Assembly: GCA_013265495.1 (NCBI GenBank)
Contig: MU061056.1
Coordinates: forward strand, 4,902,118-4,966,117
Direction of reading: 5' to 3'
Length of the DNA stretch: 64,000 bases
From: Vicugna vicugna
Taxonomy: Eukaryota
The number at the start of each line of letters is the position of its first letter. Positions within the stretch are counted from its first letter, which is position 1. A program made the position numbers and the translations under genes. This document shows, piece by piece, positions 23,161 to 35,040 of the stretch. The notes below the pieces were generated by a model that did not search any database, was not told the origin of the DNA, and saw only the letters and a list, made by a program, of their open reading frames with translations.

Positions 23161-24064
23161 AACTATGGAGTATGCATGTATTTTTTAATGTGTCATAATA
23201 AATTGAGAATTGTATTAAAATTTCCCAATATCCTTTTATAAGGGGTTCTGTGGAGAAAAGGAGACAGCATAAATACAATAAGCAGTATGAAGCAGTATAC
23301 AGCAGTATAAAGATTTTATGACTATGGTTTCAAGCCCTTCTGATAAATATGGGATTGGGTGTAAAGAATGCTTCTGGCATGTTGCAACAAGGATGAGATC
23401 TGAAATATATGGGCCGCCATCCTCTATGATGACTATAAGCTTGAGAGGCCCTTAGAGTTGCTTTCCCAGCAGCGCATGGGGATTTGTTTTTCATGCATTT
23501 TTTTTGTCTGATTATTTGTGGCCATTGTTTCCAATGTGCAAAATGATGAACCAGAGCTAGAAAATCATCTATGGTTGTGAAACTACACATGATCACCCTA
23601 TAGATCTACGCAAGTGCCCAAAGCCTCTGCCCTGTTTTCCTAGCACTGTTTCTAGGGGAAAGGCAGATGCTGTGTGCTGACAGCAATGCAGTGTCACGTG
23701 GAGTGTTTAAAGTCTTCTTGAGTTACCTCCCAAGTGAATTTTTAATACTGATGATGAAAATAAGAAGCTCCAAATCTCATCCATTGTAGCAAACAGTTAT
23801 TTGTAACTTCTATGTATTCCCTTTCAGCCTTTGTCCTTGTGTGGGTAGAATTTTCTATGTTTATAATCTTGCTGTGTGTATAACTTTGGATCCTGTTTTT
23901 GACTTAACATTTCCCATACTGCTACAATTTTTATAATTGTTGTTATTTTAATGACTACATAATCAACCATTAAGTGGATTATCATATTTTATGAGGCTGT
24001 GCTCTAATTGTTGAGACTGTTTAGGTTTTTACACTCATTTGCTGCTAATAAACAACACTGTGAA

Positions 24065-24278
24065 GCTGGGTTTGGGCCAACAGCTAAATCCTCTCCACTA
24101 CTTATTTTTATAAATAAAGTTTCATTGGAACTCAGCCAAATGTACTCATTTATGTATCATTGATAGCTGTTTTTTCACAGTAAAGGCAGAGTTGAATAAT
24201 CAAGACAGAAACCCCATGGCCCACAAAGCCTAAAATATTTATTATTTGGACTTTTACAGAAAAAGTTTGCCAAATCCA
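24065..24278 (+). mobile_element. MER58A DNA transposon
   Basis: aaataaagtttcattggaactcagcc..ggcagagttga..atggcccacaaagcctaaaatattta..tttacagaaaaagtttgcc. Confidence 0.9.
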
Positions 24279-24460
24279 AATTATTACTGTACAACCCCAA
24301 ATCTTTTTCTTATTTTTGATAATTTCATTAAGTCCCCAGGGTTGGCATGACTTGGACCAAGTGTGTGGTGACTATAACATAATCTCAGGGAGTGCTTCCA
24401 AATTGTTTTCTAAAGCTGTTGTATCGACTTACAATGCTGTCAGCAACATACGTGTCCTAC

Positions 24461-24625
24461 TTTCTTTCTTTTTTCTTTTTTCTTCTTTTTAAACATTTTC
24501 AGGATTTCTGTCTTGTTTATTTATTTAATTTTTGGGGGGTAATTAGGTTTATTTATCTGTCTATTTATTAAATAGAGGTACTGGGGATTGAACCCATGCA
24601 CTTACCACTGAGTATACCCTCCCCC
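24461..24625 (-). mobile_element. Camelid vic-1-type SINE with internal deletion, inserted in an old L1 fragment
   Basis: taattaggtttatt..gaggtactggggattgaaccc|atgcacttaccactgagtataccctcccc; flanks tgtcctactt / tgtcctgctt look like a TSD. Confidence 0.88.
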
Positions 24626-26269
24626 TCTGTCCTGCTTCCGTTCAACTTTATAATAATTGGGTTTTATCACTTTAAGTTTTTCTTAATTGAATGATCACTA
24701 ATCATACCTCATTGGTCTTTTTGTTTGCTCTTCTTCAGTATGAAAAAGGTATTTCCCTGCATATTTATTAGTTGTTTTTTTTTCTCTTACGTGAAATGTC
24801 CGATCATATTTCTTATATGCTCATCTATTAGAGTGTTATTGGTTCACTTGTTAATTTGTATGAGCTTGTGGATGATTTTCTGACTTACATTAAAAGAACC
24901 GGCAATAATATGTGTTGGTTGACGGCTTACTGCACATAGATACATATAATTCATGCAAGCACTCGTTAAAGCAGATAGAGAAGCCTGCCTTATAATAATT
25001 ATCAATGCCACCTTTTAAAGGTAGAATATCTGTGTTGCTGATGTAAATAATACCGGCAGTTCCTTTATTACTCTCTAAATCTGTAAGCTGAACTCCTGTA
25101 GGGAAAATATGTCTTCTTTATGTAATGAAAATATTTGCTTATGTAGTATTAAAGTTCTTATTTGTGTATGAGTCATTAAAGTAGACACCCAACTCAGCTC
25201 TGGTTCTAAGTAAAAGAACCTTGTTACAATAATCTTTTTTCTTAAGATGCAAAATGTTGACAAGCTTGAGTCTCTCCCACTCTGGCTGCAAAAATTAACA
25301 AGAGCTATAATAAAATTATAGAAGGCAAATCTGTGACCAAATACAGGATTAGATTCCCAGACTAACAGGAAGAACAGTGTCAGGGAGAGGAGGGCAGGGA
25401 GAGTTCACTTACACTTGTATATAATCCTAAGGAAAGTTTTTAGGCACATATCTGCTGATATTATTTTGAAGATACTAAACCAATGCACTTTAATTTCCCC
25501 TTTAATATCAGGTTCCTTCCAGATTCCTCCCTGTACAGCTGGGCCAGAAGGCCCGTCGCCCCACAGATTGAGAGGACAGTGACAGCTCTGCCTGGAACAA
25601 AGATAGGATTGATCAGCGATAGTCATGAGGCTGGATTTCTTGCGTGTGCAGTGAGGTGCTCATTTTTGGTGAGAAGGGTATGCTTTTTCTAAATTTCTTT
25701 AGCTCCCATGAACATACAAATCTGGCTGATTATTATATGTAAAGTGTAGCTGAAACTCAGAAATGGAGACAGAGAAATGAGAAATATTTCTCTTTGAACC
25801 TGAGGGCTGAAGCAGCCACATGAGAGGAAGACGCAGGGCAATGAAGGCAGGCATTATGGGGAGGGTGCAGCTGGCGGCCTTGCTCAGCTCGTGTAAAAGA
25901 CATAGTGCCTCGTGATTGAAGGGAGATGTGCCCAGGGCAGAGCTCCAAGTCCCCAGGCCTGTGGGGCACACATGGGACCTCAAGACGTCCTTAGATGCTG
26001 TGCAGAGGGACCAAGAGATGCTGAGAGAGCCTAAACAGAGGAACCATGGACCACAGTGCTTGGAGATTTTAGTTTCCAAAGGCCATGGCTGGAACCGAGC
26101 TGTGCTTGCCAGCTTGAGGATCAGAGGGGACCTACTGCACCTCAGCATGCACCGGTGCAGGGAGCACATCAAGCTGCTGGGTGATCAGAGGCCGGTCAGG
26201 ATCCGAGGGACTCATTTGTCAGTCCTCCACGTGCCCAGACACGCCGTGGTGTCTGTCAAGTGCGGCAGC

Positions 26270-26440
26270 GAGCGCAGGCTTGGGAGTCAGGCTGCACACG
26301 CTTGAATCGTGGTTTCAGCACTTATTAGCTGCCTGACCTTGGTCAAATTACTCATTTCCTTCATTTGTGAAGTACAAATAGGGTTGTTATGACAGTTTAA
26401 ATAATTTCTATAAAATGCTTGAAAAGGTGCCTCACACACA
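26270..26440 (+). mobile_element. MIR SINE
   Basis: aggcttgggagtcaggc..cacttattagctgcctgaccttggtcaaattact..aaatgcttgaaaaggtgcct. Confidence 0.8.
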
Positions 26441-26649
26441 GTCACCCCTCAACGGTGTCGTTAATGGTGGGTGTTATTGGGGAAGAACAGGGCATTTACT
26501 TAAAAGAGACTGACTCATCAAGGGACCATTTCAGCTGTAAGAGAATGACAGCATCTTTCATAATCAAGTTTATTCCACTCTACCCAGTTGAGTGCAATAA
26601 ACTCAAAGTAAAGAAGGCACATTTCCTTCTGTATCTGCATGATGTACTA

Positions 26650-28075
26650 ATTTGTGACTTGTGTACAGAAACATCAGGCCAAGAACTCTTCTTCAGTCTC
26701 TTATGCACCTCAAGCCACTGTCTCCTCTTGACTCCGTAGATAAGCTTCTGGAAAGAGTTGTTCAGTCACTTTCTCCCTTTCTCCCTTTCTCCTCTTTCTC
26801 CTTCACTTTTCAGCATTACAACCCCTCACTCCCTCTAAACTGCTGCCCCCAGCACGGCCACCGTCCTCCTGATTCAAAAGCCCAGTAAACAATGTATGAA
26901 CAATTTTCTAATCTTTTCATTCTCCTGCTGTGCCCGTGCATCTTTGCCCTTGGCCTCTAGGACACGGCCCTTTGTTGCTTCAGCTCCTCTCTCCCTGGTG
27001 CTCTTCCTCTTCCTCTCTCGGTCTTCGAAGTATTACCTTCACGATGCTGTGCCTGGTTCTTCGCACTCTTTGTTTTCCCTATTCTCCAACTTGTGAAGGC
27101 AAACACATCTGAGTCTTAAATCCAGACCTTGCTTTTGAGTATGGATATACCATATATTTAATTGCCTATGAAATGTTTCTTCTTACTGGGATGTCTCCTG
27201 GATTCCTCGAAGTCAACATCTATCTCCAGCTGAACTCACTCTCTTCTCCATTCCTTACTCCCAGCTCTAAAGGTCTCCAACTCTATGGCAAATGATACTC
27301 AAGCCAGAACCTGGTGAGTTATCCAGAACACCTCCCTCTCTTCCATCTCCACCAATCCTTCCAGCCACCAATTCTGTGAAGTCTGCCCCCTTAGTATCTT
27401 TCTTATCAGTCCTCTTCCTTTCAGATCCTCTGCCTCTGCCTGCCTTTAAACCCTCAGGGAGTCTCACCTGGATCACTGAAAAACCCTCTAACCCTTACCC
27501 CTGTCCTGAGTCGGGCTACCCTTTCTCCCCTCAACAGAAAGATCTTTCAAAATGTAAATTAGAGCATTTCAGCTTCTTACTTAAATTCCTTTAATGGATC
27601 CCTATGCCTTGTAGTAACAGTTCTAAATTGGAGATCTCAGCTGATGAGACAGAGTTCTCTCACTTTGTCCCAGCACCACGCTGATCCAGGGCTTCAGCGC
27701 TGCCCTGCTGCTGGGATTTATGCTGATTTACAGCTATGACCCTTTGCATTATCTATTCCATTTTCTTAAACTGAACATTAAGTAAAGGCCCTACCACACC
27801 ACCACATGTCTTTCAAAACTCAAATCAGTGTCACCTTAGGAAGATCTTTTAAACTGCTCTCTGTTCCACACCTGCCCCCATGACCCCCATAATACATGTA
27901 TTATTTAGCTGTCCAGTGTTACCCATGAAAAAATTGATCTTCATTAACTATAGTGTTTGTTTTGTTTCTCTATCTTCCCTAATAAGCTATAATCTTTTTG
28001 AGGGCAGAGATTCCTAACTATTTCTTCAGTGCTTGGTAAGTGGTAGGGACAGCTGGTACTTACTGAATGGATAAA
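26650..28075 (+). mobile_element. L2 LINE, long 3' portion
   Basis: Pyrimidine-rich L2 body (ggatgtctcctgg..ctcgaagtcaacat..tgaactca; caagccagaacctgg; aatgtaaattagagcat) ending in cagtgcttgg..tgaatgga. Confidence 0.8.
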
Positions 28076-28259
28076 CCTGTGGGTGAATGGACACAGCTTT
28101 ATGCAGGTGAATGGGTCTCTGAAAAAATCCAGTTATGTGATATAGAAGACTGATGGTGGTCTTTACTCTTTATAACCATGGATAATCATTAGTAGTTTAA
28201 AAAGCAGTGTAGCTGAATACCAGTGCTGTTAGCTTACACAAACCCTTTTCATCTAATTT

Positions 28260-28480
28260 ACGTATACTATATATACATATATATGTATATAGTTTTTTAT
28301 TTACTATATTATTATATATAGTTTTTTATTTACTATATTTTTATTTAGTACACACAGTTTTTATTTACTATATTATTATACATATGTAATAATTTATCAT
28401 TATTATAACAATAATTTATTATATTATTTTATATGATAAATATATATTACATGTATTATTTAATTAATTTTATTTCATGT
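28260..28480. repeat. AT-rich low-complexity tract with about three copies of agttttttatttactatatt(attata)
   Basis: Copies start at 28291, 28320 and 28356. Confidence 0.8.
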
Positions 28481-29299
28481 TTACTATCTAGGCCTTTTTT
28501 GTAAGCTGTGTTCCTGTAAATTTAATCTTTATAGGTAAATGTTCATGTTTTCTCTGTTATTAAGTGAATGTACAATCATCCTACGTGAGTTATAGACTTT
28601 GAAAACTGTGTGTACGTGAACCTGGTATTATTGTGCAACAAATAATAATTACACAAGTTAATCTATAAATCTTAGCTAGGTAGCATAGAGCCTGGGCACA
28701 TTAAGGGACATCTCTGTGTTCACTATCTGGGACAGACATTTGGCGGCTCTGTAATTTTGTATGCCCTTTTTTGTTCTTCTCAGGCCCCAGGGATTTCATC
28801 TTTGGGAGTTGGCACTTTATTATTTCCTCCTGGATTTCTTTCTGCCCTGATTGGCCATGAAATGGAACATTTTTCCCCCCCTCAGTAACCCTTTCCTTGA
28901 TGGCCCAATAAATAAATCAAGAAACCTAGTTCTTTTAAAGCTGTATGGTCTTTCTCAGATCGTTTTGGAAGCTCTCTTGATTTTTGTCTGGGGAAATCAT
29001 CCAGCGGGAAGTTCAGTGCCCTCAAAATCTGTTTCTTACCACTTTCTCTGCACAGAGATCTCCAGGTTGAACTTTAAAGTTCCAGGAGAAAAAAATAAAT
29101 AAAACTTCCTCGTTGGGCCTTCCCCTGAATTTCTTCGCAAGGCTTCAGACAGGACTGCAAGCTGTGGAAGTTAACCTCCTCCCCTCTTTGCAAAGACATT
29201 GCTTTTGCTCCGTGACTTGGAAGCTTAGCTGTCAAATAGGGTTCAGTTCTCTCTCTTATTCTGTTTTTTTTTTTTTTTTAATGTATTTTCTAGGTAGAC

Positions 29300-29515
29300 T
29301 CAAATTGATTCTCAGTCAAGGGAGGCACCGCCCAGTTCCTGGGAGTACTTACAATGTACTGAGGTGTTTTTGTTGTCATGATAACTGGTAGTTGCTACTA
29401 GCATTTCGGAGGTGAAAGCCAAAATGATAAACGTCCAGCAACACAGGCATAGTTTTACACGCCAGGAAATGGTCTAGTCCCAAATGCCGGTAGTGCCTGT
29501 GTTGAGAGACGCTGA
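29300..29515 (+). mobile_element. MER20/MER20B-type DNA transposon
   Basis: tttttgttgtcatgataactgg..gttgctactagcatt..aaatgccggtagtgcctgtgttgagagacgctg. Confidence 0.7.
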
Positions 29516-29719
29516 GGACACAGCTGGTTCTGCTCTTGGGTAACAAGTTGTTACTTTACTGCCTTTGGATTAAAATCTGTTTCTAATTCCACTCAAGCTT
29601 GTATAACATTGATAAAGCTTTAGCATGTTACAAAAGTTCTCTGAAAATACTTATTTGTGTCTTGTTTTTCTCTTTATCTGTGGTATATTTTGATCAATGG
29701 CTGTTCTTAACATTAATTT

Positions 29720-30287
29720 AGTTGATTTTATTAATTACTTTTCTCTAATTGTTTTGTTCAAGAAACTCTTCTCTATCCTAAGATACTAGCAATATTCCCC
29801 TTTATTTTCTGCTTCAAATATTTAGAAATTAGCTTTTTGCATGTAAGTCCTTAATAAAATGAGAATTGATTTTTGTAAATGGTCTGAGGTAGAAATCTAG
29901 TTTTCTTTTTTTTTCATGGAGGTAACCAGTGACCCAAACGTACTTTATTTACCTTTTCCCCCGAGTAGTCTATAGTATGTCTGATATCTGTCAATATTGA
30001 GTTTCCACATGTGATATAATTCTGGCATTTGTTTTTCCTTCCATTAGTCAATGGCTTGTGTGCCAGCACCACAATTATCTCTATTACGTTAGCTTTGTAA
30101 GTATGGATAACTAGTAAGGCAAATAATTGCCTAAGTTAGTCTTCTTTAGAAATGTCTAGTCTTTTGTCAACCCTTTGGTCTTCCATATAACTTTAGAATG
30201 GGCTCGCAAAGCTTATTTAAAAAGTTTCCGATTTTGACTGAAATTGATTGTGAAAAGAATTGACACACGATACTGAGTTTTTCTCAA
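29720..30287 (-). mobile_element. Old L1 ORF2 fragment
   Basis: gaattgatttttgtaaatggtctgaggtag, gtgccagcaccacaa..tagctttgtaa and tcttccatataactttagaat are antisense L1 ORF2 sequence. Confidence 0.8.
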
Positions 30288-30504
30288 GACCTTCGTTAAA
30301 TTACTCATTTTTCTCATTTCTGAAGTAAAAATAGGGTAGTTATGAAGTTTAAATAATTTTTGTAAAATGCTTGAAAAGATGCCTCCCACATTCACCCCTC
30401 GATGGTGTCATTAATGTGGGTGTTATAAGGGAAGAACAGGGCATTTACTTATGAGACCATTTACATCAAAAGAGACCATTTAAGCTGTAAGAGACTGACA
30501 ACAA

Positions 30505-32460
30505 TTATATATATATTATACATATACACACACATACATATACACATACACACACACACACTCACCTAACCACCTTCCAGATCAAGATATAGAATATTTT
30601 CAGTACTCTACCAGGCTTCTTCCTGTTTCTCATTTAGTACTTTCCAAAAGTACTGTTTTGACACTGTAAGTTCATTTATATAGTTTATAAACTTCATATT
30701 AAGGGAATCTTACGGTATATGCTTTCTTTTAACATGGCCTGTTATGTCCATGCGAGTCACTCCTGTTGTTGCATGTAGCGGTAGCTCTTTTTCACTGCTG
30801 TGCAGTAGCACCTTGTATGCATATACCGTAATTTATTTATTCATTCGATTGTTGATCAGTATTTGAGTTGTTTGCAGTTTTGGGGCTGTTATGAATAAAA
30901 CTGCACAACCTTTTATATATATCTTCTAGAGGACGTAAACTCTCATTTCTTTTGCATATATATTCAGGAGATGAATTGCTGATTAATAGGATGTACGTAT
31001 AAACATGTGTCTGTTTAGTTTTATTAGGCATTGCAAGTACTGTTCCAAAGTTATACTGATTCACATTCACGGCAGCAATAGATGAGAGTTTAAGCTGCCT
31101 TCCCATTCTTGAATGCCAACACTTAGCATTGTGTTTATCTTTTCAATTTTAATTTTGGCCAGTCTGATATGGATGTCGTGGAAGTCCTGTATAGTTTTTA
31201 ATTTGCATTCTCCTAAGAGCTGAAGATTACTGAACATCTTTTGTATTCTTATTACTCATTTAGATAGTCTCTTTTATGAATTGCCTGCTCACATCTCCTC
31301 ATTTTTAAATTGAGTTGTTTGTTATTTTATTATTGATTTATAGATCTTTCTATATCACCTTTGTTCTTAAAAAGTAATTTTGTTGAGTACACAATTCTCG
31401 ATTGAAATGTTTTTCTTTGCGTATTGATGATCTTAAGCCATTGTGTTCTGATGAGAAGTTAGTTATAGATCTAATTATCATTCCTATGTGGGTAATCAGT
31501 ATTTTTGTTGTTGTTGTTGCTTTTAAGCTCATCTTTTTATTCTTGATGCTCTGTAGTCTCTGGATGTTGGCTTCATTTTTATTTATCTTGGTAGACAAAC
31601 AGTGTATCTTCTAGAGATTTCCCTGCTATTTATCTTAAACATTGTTCTCTTATTTTCTTTAGTCCTTCATTAAACTCATCCAGTTAGATATATATAGACC
31701 TTCTCATTCTATTCTTTTTATGTCTTAACCTCTTTTTGTATCTTTGATCTCTGTGACTCACTTACTTGCTTTCTTATTTCTAAACTCTTTTCGCCCCCAG
31801 TCCACTGATCTCAATTCATCTATCTGGTCTTCAGTCCATCAATTGAGCTTTTAATTTATCATTTTATTTATTTGTTTTTTATTTCGAAAATTCCTTTTTG
31901 AGTTTTTTCCAATATATCTGGTAATTTAATCTTGCTTATTCTTATGATTCAAGACAGTTTTAAAAATTCTCTAATAGTCTGTTACCTGAAGACTTTAAAT
32001 TTGCTATTTCAGCTGACTTCAAAATGATTTGATTGTAAACTCACGTTGTTTGATTTTAATCCAGGGTAACCTGGGAGTCTATGCTGAGAGAGAGGATTTG
32101 TAGTTGCTATTGCTAAGATTCAATGGGCGCTATACATTTTGACTTTTTTAGAAAGCAGTCTCAAAATGTACAAGATAGATGTTTCTCTCTCTTTTTATCA
32201 GTTAAATATTATCTAGACCCCTGTCAAATTCCATAGTTTCATCAGTCATATGTTCAGCTCTCCTACCTTGCTGCCAAGCCCAAGGCTCAGCCTCTGGGCT
32301 TCAGAGATGGAGCTGACACCTGCCCTCCGGTTACCATTGCCTTCATTTGTCCACTGCTGACTGCTCCAGTTTCCTTTCACTTTGGGAGGGGGGTTAGGTA
32401 GCCTCTTGGGGGTTTCCTCACTACCAGAAGCAGAAGTTATCCTTTTTCCAGACAGACTGT
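30505..32460 (-). mobile_element. (TA)n(CA)n followed by old L1 3' end/ORF2 C-terminal fragments and HAL1/L1 ORF1-like fragments
   Basis: aaccaccttccagatcaagatatagaatatt; gttgtttgcagttttggggctgttatgaataaaactgc; atttgcattctccta. ORF1-like antisense sequence from about 31350. Confidence 0.75.
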
Positions 32461-32647
32461 AAAGAGGCCATTTTCACAGTGCTCTGTGGTTCTGAGCAGT
32501 GTTCTACAGAGCCACCTTGATGGTGGCATGGTGGCAGTGGTGGTGTTGATGGTGAAGGAGATGTATGAGGTGTGAACAGAGACAAGACTCCAGGCCCGTC
32601 AGCCTTGCTTTACGGAGTATTTCAGTGTGGTCTGCATATAGGATTTA

Positions 32648-32786
32648 ATTTTATTTATTTTTATTATTTTTTTTTGTCGGGGAGGCAGTTAGGTTTATTT
32701 ATGTTTAGAGGTGGTACTGGGGATTGAACCCAGGACCTGGTGCGTGCTAAGCACGCACTCTACCACTTGAGCTATAACCTCCCCCC
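32648..32786 (-). mobile_element. Camelid vic-1-type SINE with clear TSD
   Basis: gtactggggattgaacccaggacctggtgcgtgctaagcacgcactctaccacttgagctataacctcccccc; TSD tgcatataggattt (32633-32646) / tgcatacaggattt (32788-32801). Confidence 0.95.
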
Positions 32787-33499
32787 TTGCATACAGGATT
32801 TTAATGACAGAAGGGTTCCAAATCCTAAACATTTGTTCAAATCAAATCAATGACTCATTATTCCCAATTAAATGTATCCATTCTACTCAGACCTTAAAGT
32901 TCTATGTGTTGATTTAATGGCCTTTTACAAGTGTAGATTTTTAATGTCAGATAGTATAAACACACAGAAATGAGGGCAGCAAAATCCAGCAAGGGAAGAG
33001 AGAAGCAGTGCCTCACAAGAGAGACCAGACTTCAAGGGAAGATGGGACAGAGGATTGATCACTAGAGGGTAGAGGTTTTTATGTGAAAGACTGTGTTATT
33101 TTAAGAGACACTAGTAACAATAATAATATTAAAAGTGGCATAAACTGTGATGTTTCTCCATTTAACTTTGGTTCATAGGAAACTATTCATGCCTCAGATT
33201 CATTTATTCGTGATATTACTAATATGTATTAAGTGTTGCAGTTTGTTCAAACATGGTCTTGGAGCAGATCTGCCTACAGGTAAATCGTTATATTGGATTT
33301 TCATTCAGTTCACTTATATGAGTCTCTACTAAGGCAAAACACATATGCAAAAACAGTTATATCAAAGCCAGTATTTATACCAAAATATCACTTTGTCTCT
33401 AAGAGCTTGCTGTAATTACAGAACAGGACTTTTGCAAGATCTGAAAACTTTGTAACATATAATGTTACACTTTTGTGGGTGTGTTTAAGAAAGCAGGGT

Positions 33500-33695
33500 G
33501 TTTACTATGTGCCAGATGCATTATATAAAGTTTCTCATCCAGTTTTACTTCACCTGTACAACAATTGAGTGATTTTTATAAACTTCATTTAAAAAAAATG
33601 AGGCTGAAAGAGTTTCAGTAACTTGATTAAGGTCTTGTAGCTTATAAAAGGTAGAATTAAGTTTGAAACGTATGTCTGTGGTTACAAAGCTTGTG
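33500..33695 (-). mobile_element. MIR SINE
   Basis: ttactatgtgccagatgca..atgaggctgaaagagtttcagtaacttgattaaggtc..tacaaagc. Confidence 0.75.
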
Positions 33696-35011
33696 TTTAC
33701 ATATATATGTATGTATAGATAAATATGTATACATATGTGTATGAGTATGTACGTATACATAACTGCTTTCTGCAAAATCCATTCTTAAAATGTAGACAGG
33801 ATGTATGTTTCTTTCTTGCTTTTTCTTAGTTAAATATTGTCTCTTTCTCTATTTGGTCATAACCCCCCATGAATGTAGCTGTCATTATAGTGGTCACGAT
33901 TCTGATTTCATAGGTAAATAGGACTCCTTTGCATCTTATTTTATAAAGATTTCTACTATCATTTATAATTTTTTTTTTCATAGAAATCTTAAGCGATTAG
34001 TGAACTTTGCTGTCTAAATGAAGAAAGCAGAAGAGAATAGTTTGTCTGAAGTTGCAATAGATACGTGGCTGAATTGACAGTCCCACGATCCTAATCACAT
34101 CACATCCTTGGGGAACTTCAAGGCCATCTTTACTTCCAACTGAGAGTATTTTCCACTAAGTTGATGAAAAAAAAAATCCCAGTTTTGAAATTCTTTATGT
34201 AAGGTAAACCTATCCTTTTAGATAGAACAGTGGGATTTCTAATCCTTTTTTGGTGCGGTCCTTAATAGCTCCAGAAAACCTTCTTAAGTGCATACCGTAA
34301 ATACTTCTGAAATTCTTAACCTTTTTTAGGACTGTCACATATATTTTATTAATGGACTTGAGCAGCATATGGATAAACTCTGCATAATGGCCAAAGAAGC
34401 ATAGTAAATTGTTTTGAAAAGCAGAATGGAACCCTGCTACTTTTGAATATCATTTTTCTTTGTCCTGTATTTTACAGTTCTCTGAACTGTATATAAAATG
34501 AGACAAATACATTGTAATTTTGGTGAGGTCAGTACCAGGGTACATAAATACGCCTTTTGAACAAAGTTCATACTGATAGTTTTAGGTGCTCAAGGGACAT
34601 GACGAAGAACTTTCTGGTCATGTCATAAAACTCAAACTGCCTCCATTTACAGCTAAAATTGTAAATTAAATACTTAAATAGTTAAATATATTACTTAAAT
34701 ACAAAAGTTAAATATAAAAATTAAAATAACTAAATTAAAAAAAAAACCTTAAACATCATATAATTTATAAACAAATAAGAAGAATACAAGAAGTAAGGCA
34801 AGTGAAATTACTTGACCAGGAGACAAGAAACCAATTTCTTGGTTAAACCACTTAAGCATTTGGTCCTTTTTTATCTTTTCAGAACAATGAAGAGACTGTA
34901 CCCCAATAATCAGAACTTCTATGCTGATGTTTATATAGCAGGTGAAACTTTTATATAGATGTTATGGGCAGAAGTCCAATATAGCAGATCTGCTCTATTT
35001 TAAGTGGGAGT

Positions 35012-35040
35012 GTATGTGTGTTGTGTGTGTGTGTGTCTGT
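35012..35040. repeat. (TG)n microsatellite
   Basis: Directly visible. Confidence 0.85.

Noticed and set aside
25699-26305. 157-aa and 129-aa ORFs in a GC-richer patch
   Set aside because: Overlapping on opposite strands with no recognisable protein, and partly repeat-like DNA adjoining a MIR.
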